A stretch of DNA of 64,000 bases, taken from NCBI GenBank assembly GCA_041157045.1, contig JBEBDJ010000111.1:860-64859 (forward strand), read 5' to 3'. The notes beneath the pieces were generated by a model that saw only the letters and a list, made by a program, of their open reading frames with translations, made no database searches and was not told where the DNA came from. Shown one piece after another: positions 33,561 to 43,075 of the stretch. The position numbers and the translations under genes are program-made. How positions within the stretch are numbered: the stretch's first letter is position 1; every line of letters begins with the position of its first letter. The stretch comes from Pseudomonadota bacterium (GTDB lineage Bacteria > Pseudomonadota > Gammaproteobacteria > Burkholderiales > Burkholderiaceae_C).

Positions 33561-34739
33561 ATGACACTTCGCCGACACATCCTGCTGGGCGCTGCCGCCC
33601 TGAGCCTTGCCAGCCTGGCACAGGCCCAATCGCAGGGCATCAAGGACAATGAGATCGTGCTGGGCACGCACCTGGACCTCTCGGGTCCGGTGGCCGCGGG
33701 CATGCCGATGCTGCGCAACGCCATGCAGATGCGCATTGACGAGGTCAACGCCGCCGGCGGCATCCACGGCCGCAAGATCCGCCTGATCGTCGAGGACAAC
33801 GGCAGCCAGCCGCAGATGGCGGTGCGCGCGGTGCAGAAGCTGGTGCGCAGCGACCAGGTGTTTGCCATCGTCAACCCCTTTGGCTCTGGCCCCAACGCGG
33901 CCACGGTCAAGGTGGCCACCGACGCCGGCGTGATCGTGTTCGCGCCCTGGGCCGCCTCGGGCATCATCCAGAAAGTGGGCGGCAACAGCCCGCTGCTGTT
34001 CACCACCGTGCAAAACTACGACAGCACCACCGCCACCGGCGTGTCCTGGGCGGTCAAGAACTGGAAGACGCAGCGCGTGGGCGTGATCTACCAGGAAGGC
34101 CCCTTCGGTGACCTGGTGCGCGCGGGCGTGAACCAGGCGCTCAAGGAAGCCGGTGGCTTTACCGTGGCCGCCGAGGCCGCCTGGAAAGCCGGCGACATCG
34201 ACTTCTCGTCGCAGGTGGCGCGCATGAAGGCCGCCAACGTCGACCTGATCATTGCCGGCACCATCACCCGCGAGACCGTGGGGGTGATGGCCGAGACGCG
34301 CAAGCTCGGCTGGAATGTGCGCGTGCTGACCACGCTGCCGGGCCGCAGCTCCATCGTCGTCAAGGTGGGCAAGGAAGCGGTCGAGGGCCTGTACGGCATC
34401 GGTGGCTGGCGCCTGCACGATCCGGACTCCAAGGACCCGGTGGCGCAAAAGTTCATGACCGGCTTCAAGCAGAAGTTCAACATGGACGCCGATGAGAACG
34501 CGGCCAACTCCTACTCGTACATGAGCTGGTTCCTGGCCGGTCTGGAGGCGGCGGGTCGCAACCTGACGACCGACGCCGCGGTCAAGGCGCTGCAGGCCAG
34601 CCGTCACAGCGACTTCACCACCTACACCTCGCAGCGCTTTGTGAACAACCACGTGAACCCCGAGCTGGCCTCGATCGACCAGGTCAAGGGCGGCAAGTGG
34701 GTGCAGGTGGCCGAGCCGGCCAACGGCATCGTCAAGTAA
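33561..34739 (+). CDS. ABC periplasmic substrate-binding protein (LivK-like fold)
   Basis: Signal peptide, DLSGP, NAAGGIHGRKI, DFSSQVARMK. Confidence 0.92.
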   Translation: MTLRRHILLGAAALSLASLAQAQSQGIKDNEIVLGTHLDLSGPVAAGMPMLRNAMQMRIDEVNAAGGIHGRKIRLIVEDNGSQPQMAVRAVQKLVRSDQVFAIVNPFGSGPNAATVKVATDAGVIVFAPWAASGIIQKVGGNSPLLFTTVQNYDSTTATGVSWAVKNWKTQRVGVIYQEGPFGDLVRAGVNQALKEAGGFTVAAEAAWKAGDIDFSSQVARMKAANVDLIIAGTITRETVGVMAETRKLGWNVRVLTTLPGRSSIVVKVGKEAVEGLYGIGGWRLHDPDSKDPVAQKFMTGFKQKFNMDADENAANSYSYMSWFLAGLEAAGRNLTTDAAVKALQASRHSDFTTYTSQRFVNNHVNPELASIDQVKGGKWVQVAEPANGIVK

Positions 34740-34782
34740 GCCACGCGGGCTTTGGCAGGGCGCGGGGCGGCCAGCGGGCCGC

Positions 34783-35580
34783 TCAGCGCAGCTGCCGCGC
34801 CAGGGCCTGCAGCTGCGGGGCGACCTGCTCGCGCAGCCAGGCCTCATCAAGCGCTCGGCCCTGGAACGAGATGTTCAAGGCGGCCATCTCGCCGCGGTCG
34901 ATCCGCCCCAGCGGCACCGCCACCGCCTGCACATCCGGATAGACCTCGCCCACGGACACACAGCAAGCGCTGTGCGCAAAATGCGTCAGATTGGCCTTGA
35001 GCCGCTCCCCGTGCTGGGCCCACTCTTGCGGCTCGCGCACCTGCAGCTGGTTGAGCAGCGCCTCGCGCTCGGCCGGGCGGCAGCTCATCAGCAGCGCGCG
35101 CCCCATGGCGGTGCCCGCCAGCGAGTGGCGGATGCCGATCTCGACCGGGTAGACGCGCTGGCCGTAGGGCCGCACCGACTCGATGTACACCACCCCCAGG
35201 CGGTCGCGGATGCCAATGGCCACGGTGCCGTCCAGCGCCTCGGCCAGCGTCACCATCAGCGGCCGCGCGCGCCGGCGCAAGCTGGTGAACTGCGACAGCA
35301 GGGGGTAGGCCAGCGAGAGCACCGCCGAGCCCAGCTGCAGCTTGCCATAGCCCTCGGCGGGCTCCAGGTAACCCATCACCTGCAGGGTGTAGGACAGGCG
35401 CGCCACGGTGGCCGGCGGCATGCCCAGAAGGCGCGAGAGATCGCGGTTGCCCAGCACCGGTTTTTCGGGCGTGAAGCAGCGCAGCAGCTCCATGCCGCGC
35501 GCCAGCGTGGTGGCAAATTGCCGATCCCCGGCATGGTCCGACCAGGCGGCTGGAACGCGGTGGGTGGAAATGTTCCGCAT
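34783..35580 (-). CDS. IclR-family transcriptional regulator
   Basis: TLARGMELLRCF..LGNRDLS...P.ATVARL.YTL...GYL; TAMGRA; divergent from CCO #3. Confidence 0.92.
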   Translation of the reverse strand: MRNISTHRVPAAWSDHAGDRQFATTLARGMELLRCFTPEKPVLGNRDLSRLLGMPPATVARLSYTLQVMGYLEPAEGYGKLQLGSAVLSLAYPLLSQFTSLRRRARPLMVTLAEALDGTVAIGIRDRLGVVYIESVRPYGQRVYPVEIGIRHSLAGTAMGRALLMSCRPAEREALLNQLQVREPQEWAQHGERLKANLTHFAHSACCVSVGEVYPDVQAVAVPLGRIDRGEMAALNISFQGRALDEAWLREQVAPQLQALARQLR

Positions 35581-35587
35581 ATCGGAA
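35573..35587. promoter_or_regulatory. probable IclR operator 1
   Basis: Palindrome TTCCG-CATAT-CGGAA overlapping the IclR start codon. Confidence 0.65.
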
Positions 35588-35665
35588 TGAGTTTCAGGAT
35601 AACGAGCATTTTGCCCGCATCTATCGCACACTGCCTAGACTGCCGCGACGCCTATTTGTTGGCGG

Positions 35666-35680
35666 ATCCGAACTGCGGAA
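35666..35680. promoter_or_regulatory. probable IclR operator 2
   Basis: ATCCG-AACTG-CGGAA, same spacing, immediately 5' of the CCO #3 RBS. Confidence 0.6.
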
Positions 35681-35693
35681 CAGGAGACATCCC

Positions 35694-37136
35694 ATGAGCC
35701 TTGCCGAACTGCCGGTGCACGACATTCCCGCCCTGAACGGGAACAACGGCCCCATCCATCAGGAAGACGTGTTCACCGACCTGCCGGTCATCGGCAAGGT
35801 GCCCGAGGACTTTGCGGGCCTGTATGTGCGCAACGGCCCCAATGCCTACTTCCCGCCCGATTGGCGCTACCACGCCTACGACGGCGACGGCATGCTGCAC
35901 GCGGTGCGCTTTGAGCACGGCAAGGTGAGCTACCGCAACCGCTGGGTGGCCACCTCGGGCCTGCAGGAAGAGCAGGCCGCCGGCCACGCGATCTGGCGTG
36001 GCCTCAAGGAGCCCTGGCGCGCCGACCGCCCCGACGAGCCGCTCAAGAACACCTCGAACACCGACGTCAAGTACCACGCCGGCCGACTGGTGACGATGTG
36101 GTACCGCTCGGGCATGCCCTACTGGGTTGACCCCGAGACGCTGCAGACCATCGGCCCGGCCGATTACGACGGCGCCATCACCCGCATCTCGGCGCACTCG
36201 CGCCCGGACGAGCACACCGGCGAGCTGCTGTACTTCGACTACGCGCTGCAGAAGCCCTATATGCGCTACGGCGTGATCGGCCCGGACCGCCAGCGCAAGC
36301 ACGAGATCGAGATCGAGCTGCCAGGCCCGAACCTGCCGCACGACATGGCGATCACGCCCAACTACACCATCTTGCACGACTTCCCGCTGCGCCCGGACCC
36401 CGAGGCGCTGGCGGCGGGCCGCTACAAGGTGCGCTTTTTTGCCGACCAGCCCACCCGCTTTGCGGTGGTGCCGCGCTATGGCCGCGCCGACGAGGTGCGC
36501 TGGTTCACCGCTGCGCCCACCTACTTGCTGCATGTGGTCAACGCCTGGGAAGAGGGCGACGAGGTGGTGATGGTGGGCACGCCTTACCGGACCTACCGCG
36601 ACGAGAGCGGCCGCATCGATGCGCGCCGCCTGGAGCAGACCATCCACCTGCGCCAGCGCGACTTTTTGCTCTACGAGTGGCGCTTTAACCTGCGCACCGG
36701 CCAGACCACCGAGCGCGCCATCGACGATGTGCTCAACACCGAGTTCCCCATCATCAACAGCGACTACCAGGGCCGGCGCAACCGCCACTCCTGGCATGTG
36801 CTGTTTCCGCAAGGGGGCAAGGAAGAGCCGCGCTTTCCGGGCCTGGTCAAGTACGACCTGGAGACCGGGGGCTATGTGGCCTACAGCGCCGGGCCCCAGT
36901 TCTTCTACAACGAGGCGGGGTTTGCGCCGCGCGACAACGCGCGCAGCGAGGACGATGGCTACCTCGTGACCTTTGTCTGGAACCCGCGCGAGTCGCGCTC
37001 GGAGCTGCAGATTTTTGACGCTTACGGCGCGCGCATGGCCGAGGGCCCGGTGGCGCGCGTCATCCTGCCGCGGCGCGTGCCGCACGGCTTTCATGCCACC
37101 TATGTGAGCGAGCAAACCCTCCAGCGTTGGAAGTGA
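35694..37136 (+). CDS. carotenoid cleavage oxygenase family dioxygenase #3 (subtype B)
   Basis: YVRNGPN, HAYDGDG, NTSNT, EFP, EDDGY; four His in SAHS, PHDM, LHVV, FHAT. Confidence 0.95.
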   Translation: MSLAELPVHDIPALNGNNGPIHQEDVFTDLPVIGKVPEDFAGLYVRNGPNAYFPPDWRYHAYDGDGMLHAVRFEHGKVSYRNRWVATSGLQEEQAAGHAIWRGLKEPWRADRPDEPLKNTSNTDVKYHAGRLVTMWYRSGMPYWVDPETLQTIGPADYDGAITRISAHSRPDEHTGELLYFDYALQKPYMRYGVIGPDRQRKHEIEIELPGPNLPHDMAITPNYTILHDFPLRPDPEALAAGRYKVRFFADQPTRFAVVPRYGRADEVRWFTAAPTYLLHVVNAWEEGDEVVMVGTPYRTYRDESGRIDARRLEQTIHLRQRDFLLYEWRFNLRTGQTTERAIDDVLNTEFPIINSDYQGRRNRHSWHVLFPQGGKEEPRFPGLVKYDLETGGYVAYSAGPQFFYNEAGFAPRDNARSEDDGYLVTFVWNPRESRSELQIFDAYGARMAEGPVARVILPRRVPHGFHATYVSEQTLQRWK

Positions 37137-37140
37137 ACCC

Positions 37141-38865
37141 ATGATCCTGGTGTCCCCCGAACACATCGCGTCCTACACCCAAGCCGGCTGGTGGAGCGAG
37201 CAAACCATTGGCGAGCTGTTCCTGCAGACGGCCGCGCGTCAGCCCGAGGCCCCGGCCGTGATCGACGCGCCCAACCGCCCGCAGATCAGCGGCGACGCGC
37301 CCCTGTCCTGGCGCTGGCAGGATGTGCTGACGCAGACCGGCCGCCTGGTGGCGCTGTTTGCCGCGCAGGGGTTGCGCAAGGACGATGTGGTGGTCATGCA
37401 GCTGCCCAACTGCGCCGAGATGCACGCCATCTACCTGGCCTGCGCGCTGACCGGGGTGGTCGTCTCGCCGGTGCCGGTGCAGTACCGCGCGCACGAGCTC
37501 GACCACATCCTGCAGATCACCGGGGCGCAGGTGGCCATCGTGGGGGTTCGGGTGGGCTCGCACGCCATGGCCCAGGACTGGGTCGCCCAGCGCGCGCGCT
37601 GGCCGCAGCTGCGCCACATCTGGGCCCTGGGCGCCGATGTGCCGGCGGGCACGCTGGACCTGCGCGCCGCCTGGGCCGCCAGCGCCGCGCTGAGCCCCAC
37701 CGAGCTGCGTGCGCAGGCGCAAGCGGCCGGGGTGTGCGCGCACGATGTGCTGACGATTTGCTGGACCTCGGGCACCGAGGCGCAGCCCAAGGGCGTGCCG
37801 CGCAACCACAACGAGTGGCTGATCATCGGCCAGTCGGTGCAGGACGCCGGCCAGCTCGAGCCGGGCGCGCACATGGTCATCCCCTTCCCCTTTGTGAACA
37901 TGGCGGGCATCTCGACCAGCCTGATGGCCTGGCTGATCAGCGGCGGCTGCCTGCACCAGCACCACCCCTTTGACCTGGGGGTGTTTGTGCAGCAGCTGCG
38001 CGACAACCCCATCGAGTACAGCGTGGCCGCCCCGGCGGTGCTGAACATGATGCTCAAGCAGCCCGAGATGATGGCCGGCGTCGACACCCAGCGCTTTGCG
38101 CGCGTGGGCTCGGGCGGCGGGCCGCTCTCGCCCTGGCTGGTCGAGCAGATGGCCGAGCGCTTTGGCATCGAGGTGGTCAATTACTTTGGCTCCAACGAGG
38201 GCGCCTCGCTGGCGGCCTCGCCGCAAGACGTGCCCGACCGCGCCCAGCGCGCCATGTACTTCCCGCGCGTGGGCGTGCCCGGCTACAGCTGGAAGCACAC
38301 CAACGCGCGCAAGGTCGAGACGCGCCTGGTGGACGTGGACACGGGCGAGGTGATCACCGAATCGGGCCGTGTGGGCGAGCTGCGCTTTCGTGGGCCAACC
38401 ATTTTCAGCGGCTACTACAAAAGCCCCGAACTCACCGCGCGCGCCTTTGACGAGGCGGGCTTTTACCGCACCGGCGATCTGTTCGAGATTGCCGGCGAGC
38501 GCCAGGAGTTCTACCGCTTCTGCGGCCGCCACAAGGACATCGTCATCCGCGGCGGCATGAACATCTCGGCCGAAGAGCTCGAGAACCTGCTGATGGCGCA
38601 CCCCGCCGTGCGCGAGTGCGCGGTGGTGGGCCAGCCCGATGAGCGCCTGGGCGAGAAGGTCTGCGCCGTTGTGGTGCTGCAGCCGGGGCAGACCCTGGAC
38701 CTGGCCGGCCTCTCGGCCTTCATGGCCCAGGAGCAGGTGGCGCGCTACAAGTGGCCCGAGGCCTTGTGGCTCCTCGACACCCTGCCGCGCAACCCGGTCG
38801 GCAAGATCCTCAAGCGCGATCTGCGCGCCCGCCTGGCCCAGGCCGACACCCCCCCCCTTTCCTGA
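37141..38865 (+). CDS. acyl/aryl-CoA ligase (class I adenylate-forming enzyme)
   Basis: WTSGTEAQPKG, FGSNE, YRTGD, GRHKDIVIRGG, PRNPVGKILK. Confidence 0.92.
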   Translation: MILVSPEHIASYTQAGWWSEQTIGELFLQTAARQPEAPAVIDAPNRPQISGDAPLSWRWQDVLTQTGRLVALFAAQGLRKDDVVVMQLPNCAEMHAIYLACALTGVVVSPVPVQYRAHELDHILQITGAQVAIVGVRVGSHAMAQDWVAQRARWPQLRHIWALGADVPAGTLDLRAAWAASAALSPTELRAQAQAAGVCAHDVLTICWTSGTEAQPKGVPRNHNEWLIIGQSVQDAGQLEPGAHMVIPFPFVNMAGISTSLMAWLISGGCLHQHHPFDLGVFVQQLRDNPIEYSVAAPAVLNMMLKQPEMMAGVDTQRFARVGSGGGPLSPWLVEQMAERFGIEVVNYFGSNEGASLAASPQDVPDRAQRAMYFPRVGVPGYSWKHTNARKVETRLVDVDTGEVITESGRVGELRFRGPTIFSGYYKSPELTARAFDEAGFYRTGDLFEIAGERQEFYRFCGRHKDIVIRGGMNISAEELENLLMAHPAVRECAVVGQPDERLGEKVCAVVVLQPGQTLDLAGLSAFMAQEQVARYKWPEALWLLDTLPRNPVGKILKRDLRARLAQADTPPLS

Positions 38866-38876
38866 GAGACCGCGCC

Positions 38877-39575
38877 ATGCAAGCGACGATTCTGCTGATT
38901 CCCGGCATGCTCAACGACCCCAGCGTCTGGGACGATGTGCGGCCCTTGCTCACCCCCTGGAGCCAGGTGCGCGTGCTCGATGTGCTGCCGCACGACGACT
39001 TGCCGTCCATGGCGCACGCCGGCTGGCAGCTGCTGGCCGATGTGCCGGCGCAGGCGCCGCTTTTGCTGGCGGGTTTTTCGATGGGCGGCTATGTGGCGCA
39101 GGAAATGCTGGCGCTGGCCCCGCGGGCCTTGCAAGGCCTGCTGCTGCTGTCGACGCAGGCGCAACCCGAGAGCCCGCAAAGCCTGGAAGGCCGGCAAAAA
39201 GCCATCGCCGCCATGCAGGCGGACTTTGCGCGCACCGTCGAGGGCGTGCTCAAGTACAGCATGCACGCCCCCCAGCCCGAACAGATCGAGCGCATGCGCC
39301 GCATGATGCTGGCCATTGGCCCCGAGCGCGCGGTCGCGCAGCTGCGCGCGATTGCCCAGCGCCGTGACCACCGTGCCCTGCTGGCAGGCAGCACCCTGCC
39401 CATGCGCATCGTCTGCGGTGAAGAAGACCGCGTGACGCCGATGGCCATGTCCGAGGACATCGCCCGCTGCGCACCGCAAGCGCCGCTCACGCGCCTGCCC
39501 GGCATTGGCCACATGGTCCCCCTGCAACAACCCCAGGCCGTGGCCGACGCCTTGCGCGGTTTGCTGGGCGCCTGA
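38877..39575 (+). CDS. alpha/beta hydrolase
   Basis: GFSMGG, GEEDRVTP and GHM catalytic-triad motifs. Confidence 0.88.
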   Translation: MQATILLIPGMLNDPSVWDDVRPLLTPWSQVRVLDVLPHDDLPSMAHAGWQLLADVPAQAPLLLAGFSMGGYVAQEMLALAPRALQGLLLLSTQAQPESPQSLEGRQKAIAAMQADFARTVEGVLKYSMHAPQPEQIERMRRMMLAIGPERAVAQLRAIAQRRDHRALLAGSTLPMRIVCGEEDRVTPMAMSEDIARCAPQAPLTRLPGIGHMVPLQQPQAVADALRGLLGA

Positions 39576-39620
39576 GATCCCTTTCCCTTTTTCCTTACCC
39601 AATCCAAAACGGAGACAAGC

Positions 39621-40598
39621 ATGCAAAAACGCACCGTCCTCAAAGCCCTGGCTGCCGCCGCTGGCGTGGCCGCCTTCGGCCCCGTGGCCGCGCAAAGCGA
39701 CTGGCCCAGCAAACCCATCCGCGTGCTGGTGCCCTTTGCGCCCGGCAACGTGCTGGACCAGGCCCTGCGCCAGGTCTCGGAAGAAATCAAGAAAGACACC
39801 GGCCAGACCATTCTGGTGGACAACAAGCCGGGGGGCTCGGGCCTCGTGGCCGTGCAAGCCCTGCTGCAAGCGCCGCCCGATGGCCACACCCTGCTGCTGT
39901 CGAACACCAGCATGCTGACCATCAACCCCTACACCTTCAGCAAGCTGCCCTACGACCCGGAAAAGAGCTTCAAGCACGTCACCGGCTTTCTGGGCTCGTC
40001 GCTGGTGCTGGCGGTCAACACCGACAAGGTGCCGGCCACCAACCTCAAGGACTTCATCGCCTGGGCGCGCGGCCGCGATGTGTCGTATGCCTCGTTCACC
40101 GCGGGCAACTCCTCGCACTTTGCCGGCGTGATCATGAACCAGCGCACCGGCCTGAACATGTTGCACGTGCCCTTCAACGGCACGCCGCCGGCGGTCACCA
40201 ACCTGGTCGGCGGCCAGGTCGACGCCGGCTTCCTGCCGCTCCTGTCGGTCAAGCCGCATGTGGATTCGGGCAAGGTGCGCGTGCTGGCCATCACCACGCC
40301 GCGCCGCTCGCACCTGCTGCCCAATGTGCCCACCTTTGCCGAGTCGGGCCTGCCCGACATGACCATCTACATCTGGTCGGGCCTGTCGGCCCCCGCGGCC
40401 ACGCCCGACGCGCTGGTGCAGCGCATCCAGTCGGTGTTTGCCAAGGCCTTGCGCACGCAGACCATCATCGACAGCTGGAAGGTCACCGCCTCCGAGCCCA
40501 TGCCCTTCACCGTGGCCGAGTTCAACGACTTCATCCGCGCCGACGCGCGCCGCTGGCAAGAGGCGGTGAAGATCTCGGGCTTCAAGGCGAGCGAGTGA
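39621..40598 (+). CDS. Bug/TctC tripartite tricarboxylate transporter substrate-binding protein
   Basis: WPSKPIRVLVPFAPG, DNKPGGSG, PDGHTL, HVPFNG, PNVPTFAE. Confidence 0.93.
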   Translation: MQKRTVLKALAAAAGVAAFGPVAAQSDWPSKPIRVLVPFAPGNVLDQALRQVSEEIKKDTGQTILVDNKPGGSGLVAVQALLQAPPDGHTLLLSNTSMLTINPYTFSKLPYDPEKSFKHVTGFLGSSLVLAVNTDKVPATNLKDFIAWARGRDVSYASFTAGNSSHFAGVIMNQRTGLNMLHVPFNGTPPAVTNLVGGQVDAGFLPLLSVKPHVDSGKVRVLAITTPRRSHLLPNVPTFAESGLPDMTIYIWSGLSAPAATPDALVQRIQSVFAKALRTQTIIDSWKVTASEPMPFTVAEFNDFIRADARRWQEAVKISGFKASE

Positions 40599-41566
40599 TG
40601 AGCCGCCCCCTGCCCGCCTGGCTGGGCACGCTGCGCGTGCCCGTTGTCTCGGCGCCGATGTTCCTGATCTCGGGACCGGCGCTGGTCACCGCCGCCTGCC
40701 GCGCTGGCATTGTCGGCGCCTTCCCCACGCCCAACGCGCGCCCGATCGAGGCCTTGCAGGCCTGGATGCAGCAGATCACCGAAGCGCTGGCACAGGCGCG
40801 CGATGAGCTGGGCGCCGAGCGGGTCGGGCCCTGGTGCGCCAACCTGGTCACGCACTCGTCCAACACCCGTTTGCCCGAGGACCTGGCGCTGATCGAGCGC
40901 TACCAGCCGCCGATCGTGGTGACCGCGCTGGGCAGTCCCAAGCCGGCCATCGAGGTGGTGCACCGCTACGGCGGCCAGGTGATTGCCGACGTGACCAATC
41001 TGACGCTGGCACGCAAGGCGGTGGCCGCCGGTGCCGACGGCCTGGCCTGCATCTGCGCCGGCGCGGGCGGTCACACCGGCACGCTCTCGCCGTTTGCCTT
41101 TGTGAGCGCGGTGCGCGAATTCTTTGACGGCCTGGTGGTCGTGGGCGGCGGCATCAGCGACGGCTGGGGCGTGGCCGGCGCCATCGCCAGCGGCGCCGAC
41201 CTGGTCTACATGGGCACGCGCTTTATCGCCACCACCGAAAGCCAGGCCGACCCCGAATACAAGCAGATGCTGGTCGACAGCAATGCCGAGGACCTGCTGG
41301 TGAGCGCCGGCCTGACCGGCACGGCCGCCAGCTGGCTCAAGCCCTCGCTGCGCAAGGTCGGCATCGACCCCGACAACATGCCGGCGGCGCCTACGCGCCA
41401 CCACGACAGCAACCAGTCGTTTGCCGCCAAGCGCTGGACCGATGTCTGGGCCGCGGGCCAGGGCCTGGGCTGTATCCATGCCGTCGAACCCGTGCAAACC
41501 GTGGTCGACGGCCTGCACCGCGATTATGTGGCCGCCCTGGCGCGGCTGCGACAACGCGCGCCCTGA
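40598..41566 (+). CDS. nitronate monooxygenase / FabK-like FMN enzyme
   Basis: APMFLIS, TALGSP, GAGGHTG, GGGISDG, YMGTRFIAT.ES, WAAGQG. Confidence 0.88.
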   Translation: MSRPLPAWLGTLRVPVVSAPMFLISGPALVTAACRAGIVGAFPTPNARPIEALQAWMQQITEALAQARDELGAERVGPWCANLVTHSSNTRLPEDLALIERYQPPIVVTALGSPKPAIEVVHRYGGQVIADVTNLTLARKAVAAGADGLACICAGAGGHTGTLSPFAFVSAVREFFDGLVVVGGGISDGWGVAGAIASGADLVYMGTRFIATTESQADPEYKQMLVDSNAEDLLVSAGLTGTAASWLKPSLRKVGIDPDNMPAAPTRHHDSNQSFAAKRWTDVWAAGQGLGCIHAVEPVQTVVDGLHRDYVAALARLRQRAP

Positions 41567-41614
41567 GCGTGCCGCACGGGCGCGGCGAACGCGCCCATTT
41601 TCTGGAGTCTCCCC

Positions 41615-43072
41615 ATGCAAGTCCAAACCCTCCCGCCCATCCGCCACACCCTGGTGCCTGGTCAGCACCCCTATATGACGGGCCCGTTCGCGCCCAATTA
41701 CGACGAAGTGACCGCGACCGAGCTGGAGGTCATTGGCGAGGTGCCCAAGCGCCTGGATGGGGTCTACCTGCGCAACACCCAGAATCCGGTGCACCAGCCG
41801 CTGGGCACCTACCACCCGTTTGATGGCGACGGCATGCTGCACCAGCTGAGCTTCAAGCGCGGCAAGGTCGAGTACCGCAACCGCTTCACGCGCACCCGCG
41901 CCTTTGAAGAAGAGCAAGTGGCCGGGCACGCCCTGTATGGCGGCCTGATCGACCGGCCGGGCGTGTCGCAGCGCCCCGGCTGGGGCGCCCGTGGTGGCCT
42001 GCGCGACACCTCGGCCACCGATGTGATCGTGCACGCCGGCATGGCGCTCACCACCTTCTACCAGTGCGGCGAGCCCTATCAGCTCGATGCCCGCACGCTC
42101 GAGCTCAAGGGCGTGCCCGAGTGGGGCGCGCGCATCATGCCCGAGGGCATCTCGGCGCACCCCAAGGTCTGTCCGCGCACCGGCGACCTGCTGTTCTTCA
42201 ACTACAGCAAGACCGCGCCCTTCATGCACTACGGCGAGGTCGATCGCCACAACCAGCTGGTGCACTATGTGCCGGTGCCGCTGCCCGGCCCGCGCCTGCC
42301 GCACGACATGCTGTTCACCGAGCACTACGCCATCCTCAACGACTTCCCGCTGCACTGGGACGAGGCGCTGCTGACCCAGGGCAAGCACAAGCTGATCTAC
42401 CGCGAGGACCAGCCCGCGCGCTTTGCGCTGGTGCCGCGGCGCAACAGCCCGCAAACCGGCATCCGCTGGTTCGAGGCCAGCCCGACCTATGTGCTGCACT
42501 GGCTCAATGCCTGGGAAGAGGGCGACGAGGTGGTGATGGTGGGCTACCACCAGAAGACGCCGATGCCGCGCGGCGGTTACGACAACTCGGGCCAGACCCT
42601 GGGCCCCGAGCGCTACGGCCCGACCCTCTACGAGTGGCGCCTGAACCTGCGCGATGGCAGCACGCGCGAGAAGCGTCTGGACGAGCGGCACCTGGAATTT
42701 GGCATGATCAACTGCGAGTACTGGGGCCGCCCCAACCGCTACACCTACAACATGCTGGCGCACCCGGGCTCCTTCCTGTTTGACGGCATCCTGCGCCACG
42801 ACCGCGAGACCGGCGCGAGCCAGTCCTACTGCTTTGGCGAGGGGCGTTTTGGCAGCGAGTCGCCGATGGCGCCGTGCTTTGACAGCCAGGCCGAGGACGA
42901 CGGCTATGTGGTGAGCTTTGTCACCGACATGAACACCGACCGCTCCGAATGCGTGGTGCTGGACGCACGCCAGATCGACGCCGGCCCGGTCGCGCGCATC
43001 CTGCTGCCGCACCGCATCAGCAGCGGCACCCACTCCTGCTGGGCCGACACCCGCGAGATCCTGGGGGGCTAA
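41615..43072 (+). CDS. carotenoid cleavage oxygenase family dioxygenase #4 (subtype A)
   Basis: YLRNTQNP, HPFDGDG, EFG, EDDGY; four His in SAHP, PHDM, LHWL, THSC. Confidence 0.95.
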   Translation: MQVQTLPPIRHTLVPGQHPYMTGPFAPNYDEVTATELEVIGEVPKRLDGVYLRNTQNPVHQPLGTYHPFDGDGMLHQLSFKRGKVEYRNRFTRTRAFEEEQVAGHALYGGLIDRPGVSQRPGWGARGGLRDTSATDVIVHAGMALTTFYQCGEPYQLDARTLELKGVPEWGARIMPEGISAHPKVCPRTGDLLFFNYSKTAPFMHYGEVDRHNQLVHYVPVPLPGPRLPHDMLFTEHYAILNDFPLHWDEALLTQGKHKLIYREDQPARFALVPRRNSPQTGIRWFEASPTYVLHWLNAWEEGDEVVMVGYHQKTPMPRGGYDNSGQTLGPERYGPTLYEWRLNLRDGSTREKRLDERHLEFGMINCEYWGRPNRYTYNMLAHPGSFLFDGILRHDRETGASQSYCFGEGRFGSESPMAPCFDSQAEDDGYVVSFVTDMNTDRSECVVLDARQIDAGPVARILLPHRISSGTHSCWADTREILGG

Positions 43073-43075
43073 AAG

